64,000 nucleotides of DNA. Source: Chrysomallon squamiferum (lineage: Eukaryota; Animalia; Mollusca). Positions 13,201 to 26,189 of this stretch are shown piece by piece. The translations under genes and the position numbers were made by a program. Numbering within the stretch: the first letter of the stretch is position 1; each line of letters begins with the position of its first letter. The notes beneath the pieces were generated by a model, which did not search any database, had not been told where the DNA came from, and worked only from the letters and a program-made list of their open reading frames with translations. The DNA lies in contig CM022671.1 of assembly GCA_012295275.1 (NCBI GenBank), positions 14,136,001 through 14,200,000 of the forward strand. The letters are read 5' to 3'.

Positions 13201-16200
13201 GTGAAAAGGCTGAATGGAAAGTATGCCCGATGGCAGTGTCTTATAAACTTGAATCTTAAGATTAATTTATCACTCGAATATTAAAGAAGAATTTTTTTTA
13301 AATTAATAAAAAGGCTTAAAGTATTCTTCATAATTGTAATGTTCATTTCCAATATTAAACGTACCATTTTTTTTTAAATAATTTTTGGCTAGGTTTATGT
13401 TCATTTCCAGATTGTTTCTATGTTAGAACTATTTATAAAAATAATAATAATAACAACAACAAAAACAACAAAATAACAAAAAAGAAGAAAAGATGCAAAC
13501 ACACCCTCCAAAAAAACACCAAAACATGTAAATTAATATTAAAAAAAGTTTTGAAACATTTTTTCAAAATTATAATTTTATGATCTATTGATCAAATAAA
13601 TTATACTTATAAAAGTTCTATCTGATTCAGCAGCTATAATCAGTAAGAATAAAGACATAAAATCTGAAATGAACTTCAGAATTACCATTTTACAGATCTT
13701 TGGACTGTTTACTGCTTCAGGTTGAATTAAATATATATATATGTATGTATGTTTATGTGTCTGTGTACACATACATACACTATGCGTTAAATGATAATTT
13801 TGATTATCTGTAAGTAGGATCAGCAAAAGTTTTAAAATGATGAAAAAAAAAATGGGAGGGATAAAGGAGAAGTTTGACTCACAAAGCTCAAGATTACTGA
13901 GTTTACTGATTTTTTTTGTTACAGAATCTGAATCAATAAATGAAAGAAATAACAATAATAATTTTACCTATTCTTCAATTTCATTAACAACAAATATGAA
14001 TATATTAAATAATATTTGCTCATCTGAATAACATTTTTAATTCACTTTAATCCATATGGTTGTCTGAATGTTAGAAATTTCAGTATCATTTCAGAAACAA
14101 CATTATAGCCCAGGGCAATATACTTTATTACACTTATATTAGTTCAACCAATGTGGACTGGGTGTAGCTATTAGTCTTCTGTTTAAAGCTATAAATATTT
14201 TAGATTGAAGTCAGTGACAAAATGAAAAAGTAACTACTTGAATGTCAGGAACTGCTCAACAACTTGTGTAATTACATTTATGACTTCCTGTGTTTAATTC
14301 TACTTCAAGCATCCTTGAACTAAGCTCTTTTTTGTCTGTGTCGCAAACAGTAGTGGATGGATTTACACCACAGTATGTGATCTGAGATTACTCCAGATTT
14401 TCCACACGTTCAAAATGGTTTTAGTTTGGATTTATTTGTAACACATCTGATGAAAATTATTTTTATAATTTCTGACACACAGTGACACACAAACAAAATA
14501 CTATTGCTACTAACAAATATAAAATTTAAAAAGTCACAAGATGTAGCAAACCATTTGAATTCCAAAATAAAATCTTAGCATGTCATTCATATATAATTAT
14601 ATTATTACTGTTGTTGTTATTGCTGTTTTTGTTTTATTGTTATAACAACAAAAACAAAATTAATAATAATAATAATTATTTATTATTATTATTATGTTAA
14701 GATTTTATCTAAATGAACTTTTTCACCTAAATAAACAGAAAACAAATGGAGATGTCCATGTAATCACATAAATAGATTTTGACAAAGTTGTAAACAAATA
14801 AGGTGCAGCTCATTCTGGTATTTAACAAGTGTCTGTGTGATAAGTAGATAGACATCTCATAGAAGTACTGTATACGACCAACAGCTTAATCACAGGCTTT
14901 ACCTAACTGGTGTTGACAGAAGCTATTAAGTTCGTGACCTGTTCGACTTTTCACAAACCTGTTGTCTTAGTGGGAGTATAGTAGCTTGTTTTGAATCAAC
15001 TTAACTCCATCAGTAGATGTTAATGCCCTGTTTCCTCAAACAAATTAAAACAAATTTTAAAAAATGCTGATAAGAATATTTAATGTTATTTCCAAAGAGA
15101 TGAACTAAATTCAAATAGAAATGAAATTCAAATAACTATAATGGACTGCACAAATTTTTATGTTAAAGCAACATATGTTGAAAAATAAAGCTGAACCCTA
15201 TTTTTTAGTATTTTTATTAAGTCAAAAAGATTGGAACTATATGTTAGGTGTTGTTAAGGGATGATTATGTTGGCAATGAAACATTAAATTTGTAGTGGAC
15301 TTTTATTATGCATGGACATAAGTCGGTCACCATTGCCAAGTTCCCTAAATAATCTACAGTAAGTTTCAGGCTCTGAAATTGGTCAACAAGTCTCATTTAG
15401 ACATGACATTTTCAAAGCAGTTATTTTATACTTATATGTTTGACATATGTTTCATTACATAATTTAGCCATTAGCATTTTAACCAGAATAGATTACAGTC
15501 GTTTATATTCATTTTTGATATTTTATTCTGTATGTTAAAAAAACAAAGCAAATAAATCTTAATTTAATTTTTAACAAAGTTTAATATAAAAATGCAAGAA
15601 CTATTGCAAAATGGAAAAAAAAATTAAGATTTCTGTGCACAGCAAAATAATTTATATTTTTAATGATTTATATTCAGTTTTTGAAAAAATCACAAGACAA
15701 GTGTACCTTTAACATGTTTCATTTGGAGCTGCAAAAGAAATATTTAAAAAAAAAAGTCAAATGGTGTCCACAGCTATGATGAATTTAAAAGCATTTGAAA
15801 TGTTATATCTTCCTATTAATATATTAGTTAAATATTAGGTTTAAACTTTTGATAGTGCATTACAATACTTGATTTATTTTTCAATAATTAAAACAATAAT
15901 ATTGAGTGAACTATATAATATATGTATTTTTTTTTTATTATTATTTTTTTTTTTAACTAATTAGGTTTTGTCAAACAGTATCGGACAAGTGTTTGGATTC
16001 TCAAAATCAGAAGAAATACTTGATTCCTGTGAAGAAACTACTTTAGAATTCAGCAAATTCTTTTCTATTCTGAAAGAAGCTCTTTTGACTGAGTTGGCTG
16101 AGAATGAGCCGTCTGTTGTTATAACATCCAAAGTTGACAGGATTGAGACAATTTGCTGGACTATCTGCATGAGCAAATGTTTAAAGAGACGAAATGATAT

Positions 16201-16883
16201 TGACAAAGAGAAGCATAAGTTTTCTGATGATCATGTTTTTAAACTGTGGAAGCTGTTTAACTTCTTGGCTGATGTTGATAAGAATGACAATGTGATAACA
16301 CCTGTCAAGATTGACACAGAGGAAGGGGAATATGTTTGCTCATTAATTTGTCGTGAGATGGGACTCTATGAGAGAAACAGATGGCCAAAATTAGATGATG
16401 GGGAATCTCGTCTTCTGAGTTTTTCATCTTTCTTAGACAAATTGGAAATGTGTTTTGTGGATGTGGCTGCCAAAGAACTGAGTCAAGCCATTCATGATGT
16501 TTTTGACGACATTGTTTTTGACAGACTCAAACAGGTAGGTTTTGCCATAATAACAAAATAACAACATATAAGTTAATAATGTAATTTTTTCATAATGCAT
16601 TATTATTAATGAAACGTCGTTTAATTTCTTTTAGTAATGTCTTGCATTTCATCATTTTACAAAATTCACTTTATTAAATGCAAATTATTCTGATTTTTAT
16701 TACATAAATGTACTATAAATTACTTTGTTTTGTTTATTGCTTATTTCGTTCACTGAAGTCTGAACATTTTAAAATACAGTCTGCAGAGCTAGGACAGTTT
16801 TATAATGCTTACCAGTGAAAATATTAAAACCCTCAAATATTTATAAAATATTTAAATTAATTAACTTCTTTTATTGCATTGTA

Positions 16884-16978
<95 letters not shown>

Positions 16979-19900
16979 ATAAAAATATTCTGGAATCATA
17001 TTGGTGTTACTAATTATTAATATATTCATTTTTATTTATTTAACTGTTTTAAATGAGCAGGGTCCTCTAGAGAAATATGGCAACTCGGTGACTAAGTGGA
17101 AGGAGAGATGGTTTGTGCTGACAGCTAATGAGTTGAAGTACTACCAGGACAAAGACAAACACGTGCAGGATGTGCGAGGCACAATCAGAATCTGTCACAA
17201 CTGTAAAACGCAGGTAGGGAGATAGTGCATGATACGTAACATCCTCATTCTAATGTTTTTTTAATATATTCTTTATTTTTTTAAATTCCTTTAGACTTGT
17301 GAAATAATCTATTATATTATAGAAACCTTTACTATAACCCATAGTAACTCATTTAACATTTAACTAACAGTTGTTTTTGTGACATCAAATATTTAGTAAA
17401 GTTGGTGTGTACAATTTGAGATATTTTTAACTGCATCATGATTTTTTTTTCTAATTTAATGCTAGTATATTTTTAATATTTATATTATATTAATCATAAT
17501 TTTGTCAAACCCAACCCAGCAACTTTACACCTTATATAATTACACATATTATGTAATCAATTATGTTGTTTAATTTTGAAATACATAAAAAATAATTTGT
17601 CATACATATAAACACAAATATATAACTTCCTGTGTGACCTATAAATATGTCCAGTATAAATTAGCTGATCCATCACTATATTTCCTTTCAATGAACTTAA
17701 CTTTGTTCTTGTTTTACAACCAGCCTATCCCTGATAAAACAGGTTCCAAGCCAAACCGCTTTGTCCTGAAAACACCAAACAGGCAGTATGAGTTGTCTGC
17801 TCCTGACTTAAGATCTAGAAATGAATGGCTTCTAGGTGACTGAACATTTTCCCTTCTATGTAACTTTACTGATCAGGACTGCAGGATAATATAATAGAAA
17901 ACAGAACCAGAAGGGAAAATATATGATAACTTTTTTATGGTTTTTATTTATTATTACTTTTTATTTTAATTCTTTAATTAACTTTATTATTAAAAAGTAA
18001 CTTGGTTTAAAGTTCATTAATATTAAAATAGTTTCCAGGTAGCTATATAATGTAAGTTTGAATAACCTTTTATTAAAAAAACAACTTTTATAAGTTTTAT
18101 AAGTGTTAATGATTTGTTTTATGTTAGTTTTAATGATAGTTTTGTTTTCTCTAATTTGTAGAATATTTGTTTTATTAAAAACCTTTCCTACATTGCATTT
18201 GCGTAGATCCTTTTCATTGTTATTGTTACTTAATTATTTTGTCTTCTGCATGCCTGAAGTGTGTATATTAACACATTTTTAAAATTATATTTTAAAAACA
18301 TTCCAAGTTTTCCTTTTTACAGTATTATGTTCTTAGATGTTCCATAAAAAATATATATTTGTTATTCATAATTATTTATAAAAGCATCTTCACACACACA
18401 CACTCACACACACACACAACTTTTTATTATTTATTTCCTTTATTGTTCTCTTTTTATATCACCAAAATATAAACATAAATTTGAATATAAACACAGTGTA
18501 ATTTCCTCAGTTTAACCAGCTTTGTGTTGCCCTATTTCAGCTCTTCAGAAAGCAATAAGTTTTGCTAGCACACAGGAGAGTGTTCAGAGAAGTGCCTGGT
18601 ATGAGCGTAAGAAGGAAAGAGAGGTAAGGCAGAAGGACTCTGAAAAAGAGGCATACAAACGACAGGAAGAGGAAGAGAGGTTGGCAAACCAGCAGAGACA
18701 GTTAGAGCAGGAGCAATTGGTAAAAATGTTTGCCACAAAGTTGAAATAATAATAATAATAATAATAACAACAATGTGTTCACAAACATTATACGTATTTC
18801 ATTAAGTAAGGTATTAAACTTAATACAGCATTTAAAAAACTTTAGAGTGAAATAAGACAGGTAATAGTAGAATCATGAACCATTCTAGACATTTAAAACA
18901 AATTAATTTAAAGTATTAAAGCAGTATAGGAAATAAAACATTATTAAAATATTATATAAAAATTGAAATGCAATCTTAATACTGATTACCCATATAATGA
19001 TTCTACCATAAAATAAACATGTATTAGCATTAATATGATTAGTAAAACTGAAAAAAAAAAAAACTCCAAAATTATAAATATCACTTAAGATTTTGTTGGT
19101 AAATAGATGATCAATAAAATGAATTCAAAAACTTTTTGAAGAAACGGACATGTAATGTGACAGTAAAAATGAGTGATAAGTTATCAGATCAGTGGATGAA
19201 TGGACTATATTCAACAGCAAAGGATGTCAGGATGTTTTTTTAACTAATTAATAAGAACAGGCTGGTATGGCAGGTTTCTTGTTTCATACATTACAAAATC
19301 ATGTAAATCCATAGTAACAGTTAATAATGTGTTGTTAATGTTAGTGTTAAATAAAAATTCCTTAATTTAAAAAAATCACAAAAAACCCCCAATAATTATC
19401 TTCCTTTTTGCCAGAACTGCTTTCCAAACTTAGTTTATGTCTTTCAGAGACATTTACAAGATCAGGAACTGTTACAAAAACAGCTTCAAGAACTAGAAGC
19501 AGAAAGGAAGGTTAGATTTGTCATTTTTGGTAGATATAAACAAGTTAATGCACCTGCATGATATTTCAAGATAGGTTTTTAACCCACTATTCTTTTTTAG
19601 AAAGCATTTTCTTATTATTTCACAACTCTGCCTGTCAGCTTGCTGTCTTTGTGTTTGCTACCTCTCTTTGCTTGGCTGTTGCTTTGTGCATCCTGGAGTT
19701 ATTTTCTGCTTTTACTTTATATATAATGTTTATTGCATAATTTTATATGTGATTTTATAATATTTTGTCTTTATTTTTTAAAATAATATTATAAATAATT
19801 TTAAAATAATATCTAGCAGAAAAAAAAAATGTTTATCCACTTGTCTCTTCAAATTCACATTTGACTACTAAAATATTCTTGATTTGGTGTTTTCATAAAT

Positions 19901-21645
19901 GCTTGTTAATATTAAATGAGAATGTTTTTGCTTTTTGTCACATCTATTTTTTTAATTAAAAAGCTTTTCTTGTTAATGTTTTTATAAAGCATATTTTTCT
20001 CTTTTTTATCAGATTTGTTGGTGAGGGATTTTGTTTCTGTTATTTTTATTAAAATTACAATTATTTGTATTTATAAATATTTATTTTTTATATTATTTTT
20101 TAGCATATTTAAATTGTGTGCTCTCACCTGTATTCTAAAGCTTTTATAATAATGTTAGAAATTTGAAAGTAAAAAGAAATAAGAGAGATCATTGTTATTT
20201 TAAACTTTAATTTTAATTAAAATAAATAAATTTATATAAGCAAATATAATAACAGCAGTGCCATTAAAAATGGATTAAAATAATAGTAATCCAGCTGGAG
20301 CACCTGTTTTCCTTATTTTATACAAAAAATTTAAAATATTATGTATACATTTTTTTTTATCTAAACTGTGTATGAAATAGATGTAGACACATATTTAGAC
20401 ATAGATACAATTCTCAGGCTGTCTTCTTATAAATCTGAAACATTCCGGTCCCAAGCATTTCAGTTAAAGGATTCTCGACATGTCATGATAATAAAAGTGA
20501 TTTCTGTATGTTAAGGCCAGGGCTGAGGTGGAAGCAAGACTGAAACAGCAGGCTGAGGAGAGAGAGGCTGAACGCCAGAGACTGAAAGAGCTTGAAGAGA
20601 TTCATGCTGAAATGGAAAAATTACTTGAGACTGAGAGACAAGCTAAAAGAGATGAAGAAATTGTAAGGTAAACAAAATACATTAACAACATTACTCTTTA
20701 AACTGATGGTGTCGTGTATAACTGTGGTGGTGCAAGTTTATGTTTTATTTACATCATACTGATATTTGAAATCTATATAATGTTAATAAACTATGGTTGA
20801 TTATGAAAACAATGGCAATAAAAAAGCATACATTAGATTATTGTGTTTTCTAAAACTTATTTTACACACATCTGTGAATGATGTGACATCATGAATGTAT
20901 TAATTATAGTATATGAAGATTCATTTATAGTTATTGCTGTTAATTATTGACACTGAGTGTTCTAGGCAGTATTGCAGGTACATTTTAAATCAAGATATTC
21001 ACATTACTTTGCAATCTGATTTTTAATGTTTGTAATGATTGCAAATCATATATAATAACAATGTAATTGTTTTTAACTTTGCAGGAATCTGCAGTCTCGC
21101 ATACTGGAAGAAGAATTTGAGAAGAGAGAGGAGCTAGAGAATTTGAAGAGAGAACAAGATGAGTTGTTGGAATGGGAGAGACTTCAGCGTGAAAATATGG
21201 AGAAGGCGAGACATGATCAGGACATGCTGCTGGAGGAAACAAAGAGGAGACTCGCAGAACTGGAAAAAGAAAAAGAAGCAGCAGACAGACAACTTCAGGT
21301 TGTAAATAAAATGTATTAAAAATTATTTTTTACTAATATTGTTTTAAATAACCATGTTCTAAATGAAATGTATTTAGAATTATTATTTTTAGTGAGGTTT
21401 TGTGAAATATTTTCTTTCATGTTCTGATTTTCTTTTTGTTATAGGAAGCTGCAAACAAATTGAAAGATGCTGAAGATTATCGAGTTAATCTTAATGCCAA
21501 GCTGAAGGCACGAGAGATCAAAGTGCATGGTCTGGCAAGATTAGTTTCTGTGCATAATCCAGAGCCATTTGTAACTCATAGGGGAAAAGGAGCTTTCTCT
21601 GAATCTGAATTTATCACAAGCAGTAATAATAATAATAATAAATAA
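12986..21645 (+). CDS. SWAP70: SWAP70/DEF6-family protein (EF-hand-like N-terminus, PH domain, coiled coil), 9 exons, 579 aa as assembled
   Basis: Exons 12986-13081, 15965-16534, 17061-17213, 17724-17835, 18541-18719, 19448-19510, 20516-20667, 21085-21298, 21445-21645 (1740 nt, GT-AG, phases consistent). N-terminus MAALAEVEKCVWHAFDALD..KSSLKVLS; PH domain KWKERWFVL..RNEWL; coiled coil ERQAKRDEEIVR; C-terminal GLARLV..VTHRGKGAFSESE motif. A single invertebrate gene may be co-orthologous to SWAP70 and DEF6. Confidence 0.9.
16887..16976. repeat. Compound (GT)n(GA)n microsatellite in SWAP70 intron 2
   Basis: Direct reading. Confidence 0.95.
20431..20483 (+). mobile_element. Right-end remnant of a pogo/Tigger-like DNA transposon
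   Basis: aaatctgaaacattccggtcccaagcatttcagttaaaggattctcgacatgt resembles the recalled Tigger4/Zombi-type terminus (..ctgaaacacttctggtcccaagcatttcggataagggatactcaacctgta). No left end found. Confidence 0.55.
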
Positions 21646-22243
21646 TAATAACAACAATGATAACAACAGCTCTCCTGAACAGAGGACATCGCCAGAATGT
21701 GATCCACCACTGCCTGAAATTACTGTGAAGAAAAAGAGCTCTGGCAAAATTTGTAAAAAGAAAACAGCCACCACAGACCACAGCAACAAGGAAATTTTAG
21801 TTAGCCAGCCAGTCAGTACATCTAGCAGTAGTTACAGAGCCTTGCAGGCCATGATCAGACAGTACAGCAAGGAGGAGGAGGATGAGGAAAATGATGAGGA
21901 AAATGTTTACAGTAATGATGACATTGAAGAAGCTGAAAAAATGTCTGCTGCTATTGATGATGGCGGAGCAGAGGACAGGAGGACACATCAGAGTATGGAA
22001 AGGAATGGCTTCAGTAAAGATAATCCAGGAAAGGGTTCTAAAGGCTCTGATATCAGCAGCAGGATTAATGGCAGTTCCAGTTATCTGTTTGCTAATGGAG
22101 AGAAACAGACAAACAGTTTGAGAAGTAAGGCAGCAGTGGATGATCAGAAGATTACCACAGTCAGAGATGAAGCAGCAGCAAATTGTGTTGATGCAGATTC
22201 AGATTATGAAGAAGTCAGAAATGTTCCAATAACTGAACTGTGA
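21641..22243 (+). CDS. Probable frameshifted C-terminal extension of the SWAP70-like protein (200 codons, acidic, low complexity)
   Basis: Stop-free frame from 21641 to TGA 22243 with coding-like composition. It joins the last exon in frame if one A near 21640 in the (AAT)n run is removed. Confidence 0.6.
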   Translation, partial: NNNNNNDNNSSPEQRTSPECDPPLPEITVKKKSSGKICKKKTATTDHSNKEILVSQPVSTSSSSYRALQAMIRQYSKEEEDEENDEENVYSNDDIEEAEKMSAAIDDGGAEDRRTHQSMERNGFSKDNPGKGSKGSDISSRINGSSSYLFANGEKQTNSLRSKAAVDDQKITTVRDEAAANCVDADSDYEEVRNVPITEL

Positions 22244-22550
22244 GTTGGAAAAAAATGTTCTTAATGTTATTTTTATACGCACTGGATATCACAAGGATGA
22301 AAGTCATGACAATTTTTTTTTTTTTTTAATTTATAGTTTATCTCAATTACTGCTTGAAATATGCAGTTTGATTCAAATTATGAAGAAGTCAGAAAAGTTC
22401 CAATAACTGAACTGTGAGTTGGACATTTGTTTTTTTCTTAATCTTATTTTTATTTTATATGCACTGAATATCACAAGGATGACAGTCATGACAATGTTTT
22501 TTTTTAATTTATAATTTATCTCAAACAATTGATTTAACTGAAATATGCAG
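22191..22550 (+). repeat. Diverged tandem duplication (~174-184 bp x2) covering the end of the SWAP70 extension and the start of the 3' UTR
   Basis: gattcagattatgaagaagtcagaaatgttccaataactgaactgtgagttgg at 22196 recurs at 22370; ATGCAG is present at all three junctions (22191, 22361, 22545). Confidence 0.9.
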
Positions 22551-23067
22551 CCATGATATATATGTATATATGTGCTATTTGTTCCTAAATACGTTATTCT
22601 CATTAAATGACAGTGTATCATTCCAACTAATAGCTAGCACTGTACTGAAAAGTGGAATTTTAATCAGTCTTTCACCACAGATGTTAATATCATTTCAGGT
22701 TATGTCAGTAATAATAACAATTAAAACACATTTAAAACAATTTACTGTAATATTTCAGTTCTTTTTTATAGGGATTTATATTTGTTATCCACATATTTAT
22801 AAACAGAGTTATACCACAAATATCTGTTTCTTTTTTCAAGGCTGATATGTGCAAAGTGTAGTCTTGATAATTTAATGTATCAAATTATATGCAAAACACA
22901 AATGCACTTATCTTTATAATGGGCTGAGAGCTGAAAGTGGTTACTCCAAATCACTCCATAAGAATACCACTTCATTTGTTTTATATTTAACAGGACATTT
23001 CCATAATACTTCATAAGAATCCCACTGTAGTTTTCAGAGATTTTATGGTTCTAATCAGTTTTTATTA

Positions 23068-23114
<47 letters not shown>

Positions 23115-25919
23115 AAAATCCCACAATAAGCTATCTTACAGTGATGATTATTTCAGATATAATTGTAAATTGTTAGATTTATGCATTATTATTATTTTTC
23201 TAAATATGGTTTTACATTTTACACATTGATTAATAAAGTATTATAATCGGATTCTAATATATTGTTATTACCCTCCTTACTGTTAATATTTCTTATTGCC
23301 TTGTTAATTAAATATTTCTTAAATGTATCTTCAAATACAGAGTTATTGCATTATTTTCTTAAAATTTATTACAAAAATATGTTATAATCTGTTTTATTCA
23401 TAATAACAATACAGATACATTAGGCCAGTGCTACATGAAAAGTAATGTTGATGAATAGCATTTATATTTTATTAGTATTACCAAATTGAAAACTGTATTA
23501 TAATAGCTTTATGCATTTAATATTAAAAGCCTGAAGTGCCTTTAGGCCAGTAATTTGTGCTTCCATATATCAAGATAAATAATATGTCATATGTTTTTAT
23601 ATATTTTGTCAGTAAATATATTTGTGTGTATTTGCTTGATCTGTTTTTTTATATGTTACAAAGTGTTATACAGGTGTTGTTTTTCATTTTCGTTTTTGCA
23701 TTATATACTTTTATATATACATGTATATATTAATCTCATTTATTTAATGAATGGAGAACTGAACTATATGCATTATCCTGCTGACTGTAAAACTGTTACT
23801 GGTTTATGATGGTGAGATTAGAGAGAATGCTTATTAGAATACTGTTACTGGGGTTTTATATTTTCATATTAGTGATGAGATTATCTGGAATGGGAAATAA
23901 TATGCTGGTATTGACAACCAGTAAACTACAGACTTAATGTGTTATTCATTCTTCTTTAATATTTATTTTTTTAAGAATTTTTATTTTATCGATTTACAGT
24001 TGTTTTTAACAAAAAACAAAACAAAATAAAATTAGAATTTTTTTTTTTTTAATAAAAATAACCACAATTAAATATTCAGTTTTTCATCCTGAAAATATTG
24101 TTAATTATCTTTAAAAAAATTTTTAAAATCACCACTGTTAATAATTAATTTTTGATAATTCATCCAATTACTTTTTTTAAAAACATTATTGTATTAATGT
24201 GTTTGAAATCTACATATTCATTCATCACATTTTTTGCTTATTTATTTCTAATATATTTTAACAAAAAATGTTTCTTTAAAAACAAAGTATCAGTGGTTTA
24301 GAATAAATACCATAGATTTTGAACACATTTGACTATTTTGTGACCACTTTTATATTTTCATAACTAGTAACCCAGAAGAGTGACACATTATTCTATCTTT
24401 TCCAAGCAGAAATAAATGCTGTGATTTATGTCAATAATTATTTCATGCTTTCTTGTTTGAAACTTTTAGTTTCAGATTTAGATTTATTTTCATTCAGTAT
24501 TAAAATATTTTCATACAAAGTTATACAGTTAAGGCTTAAGAAATTATAATTATATGTTACTGAAATACATTCTGAAGATGGATTTAAGTAATTTACCACA
24601 ACTACTATTATTATTATGATTATTTTATTGTTTTATTATTATTATTATTATACATGGAATCATAAAATAACCACTGACTAACTTCAAGACTCAAATTCAT
24701 AAAAAAATTTACTTAAGTCTAATTGTTTCCTGTAAGTAGTAACTACAGTTTATTAATTGAGCTTTGAAAGTGCCCTTTGAGTTTGCCACTTTCTAAATCA
24801 TTGGTTTAACTATATTTTATGAATATGGCAACATACATCTAAAAATATTGGGTTCAAGGTATTCAATAATAAAGCTAAAACTTGTAGGTTTAATTATTAT
24901 TATTATTTATAAATTTATTTCAATTTATTTTTATTGATGTTGTCCTTCAACAATTTTGTCAGATGGATTTGATTAATATTAATTTTTATTTCCTATTTTT
25001 ATTGATTTATTGGTTTATTTTTTGTTTGTTTGTTTGATCATTTTCTAACAATTTGTACATCAGGTTAACTGGGAAATTTAAATTATTGTTTTGGAGATTA
25101 ATATTCATCTTTAATTACTTGCATGCAATAAATATATTGTATATGATTTTTTTGATTTTGTCTTTTGTGTTTTTTATATTATTTTTTTTTTTTTTTTTGA
25201 ATATTTAAAATGATGTTATTTTTGTCACTTTATTTGTGTGTGTGTATGTGTGTGTATATATGTAATTATTCTATTTTAATAGTTGTTATACTTATTACAT
25301 AGGAAGTAACTTATTTGAACTCTGATCATGAGACAGAAGTATTTATATCAACATCTTGGATATGGCTTGTTAACAAGAAAATAGTATATTTTCTTTGGGT
25401 TTACAAATGGCTTCAATTTTTGTTTCTGGTTCATTCAGTTTTTGTTTTGGGTTGTTTTTTCTCACATCTTCCAGTTTTGCATTTTTTCAATTAAAATGTT
25501 TTTTTTTTTTAAATTAAATTAAATTAAATAAAAAAATAAAAAAAAAATTCAGTTTTTAATAAATAAATAAAAACAAACAGCTTTATCTACAAAGGGTTGC
25601 GATATGTCCAAATGAAAACATCTGAATAAATAACAGAAAAAAAGAAAAAAGAATGACATTCAAGAAATTTAGTACTGATTTCATAACAACATCAGTGTAA
25701 CATTATGTGCAATTTTAAACAACTGTGTAGCAGAGTATCATGTATTTATAATAATATGGAATATTCTTTGCATTAAAAAATAATGTAAGTGCAATTAAAA
25801 ATTTATATACGTATAAATGTATATAGCACCCCAACAAAAAAGAAAACAAAAAATCCAAACTGAAATCCATTCTAATCCACTAAATGAAGTCATGTGTTTG
25901 AAATAAGTGATTTGACAAC

Positions 25920-26189
25920 AGCAATAATGGGCATTTGAGTTCAAAAACCTACAAGCATGATTGTACCAGTAAACTGCCGTTGAAATTTAGGACCATAATA
26001 TTATTTTTATAGTGTTAAACATGCATTAATTGAATATGTTCGTTACATTATGTTATATCTTTTCTGGAAATAAAACATTTATGAGAGTTTACTGGACATC
26101 AAATTCTCTGTTTTGAAAAAAATCTTTGGATGCCTCCGGTCCCCAAATCAGTGTTGTACCATCTTGCAAAATTTCTCTAAGCGGCCCTG
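25920..26189. mobile_element. Possible degenerate hAT-type non-autonomous element, right end only
   Basis: Ends in GCGGCCCTG (reverse complement CAGGGCCGC, a hAT-style terminus) after a GC-richer subterminal block. Partner TIR not found; left boundary approximate. Confidence 0.3.
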
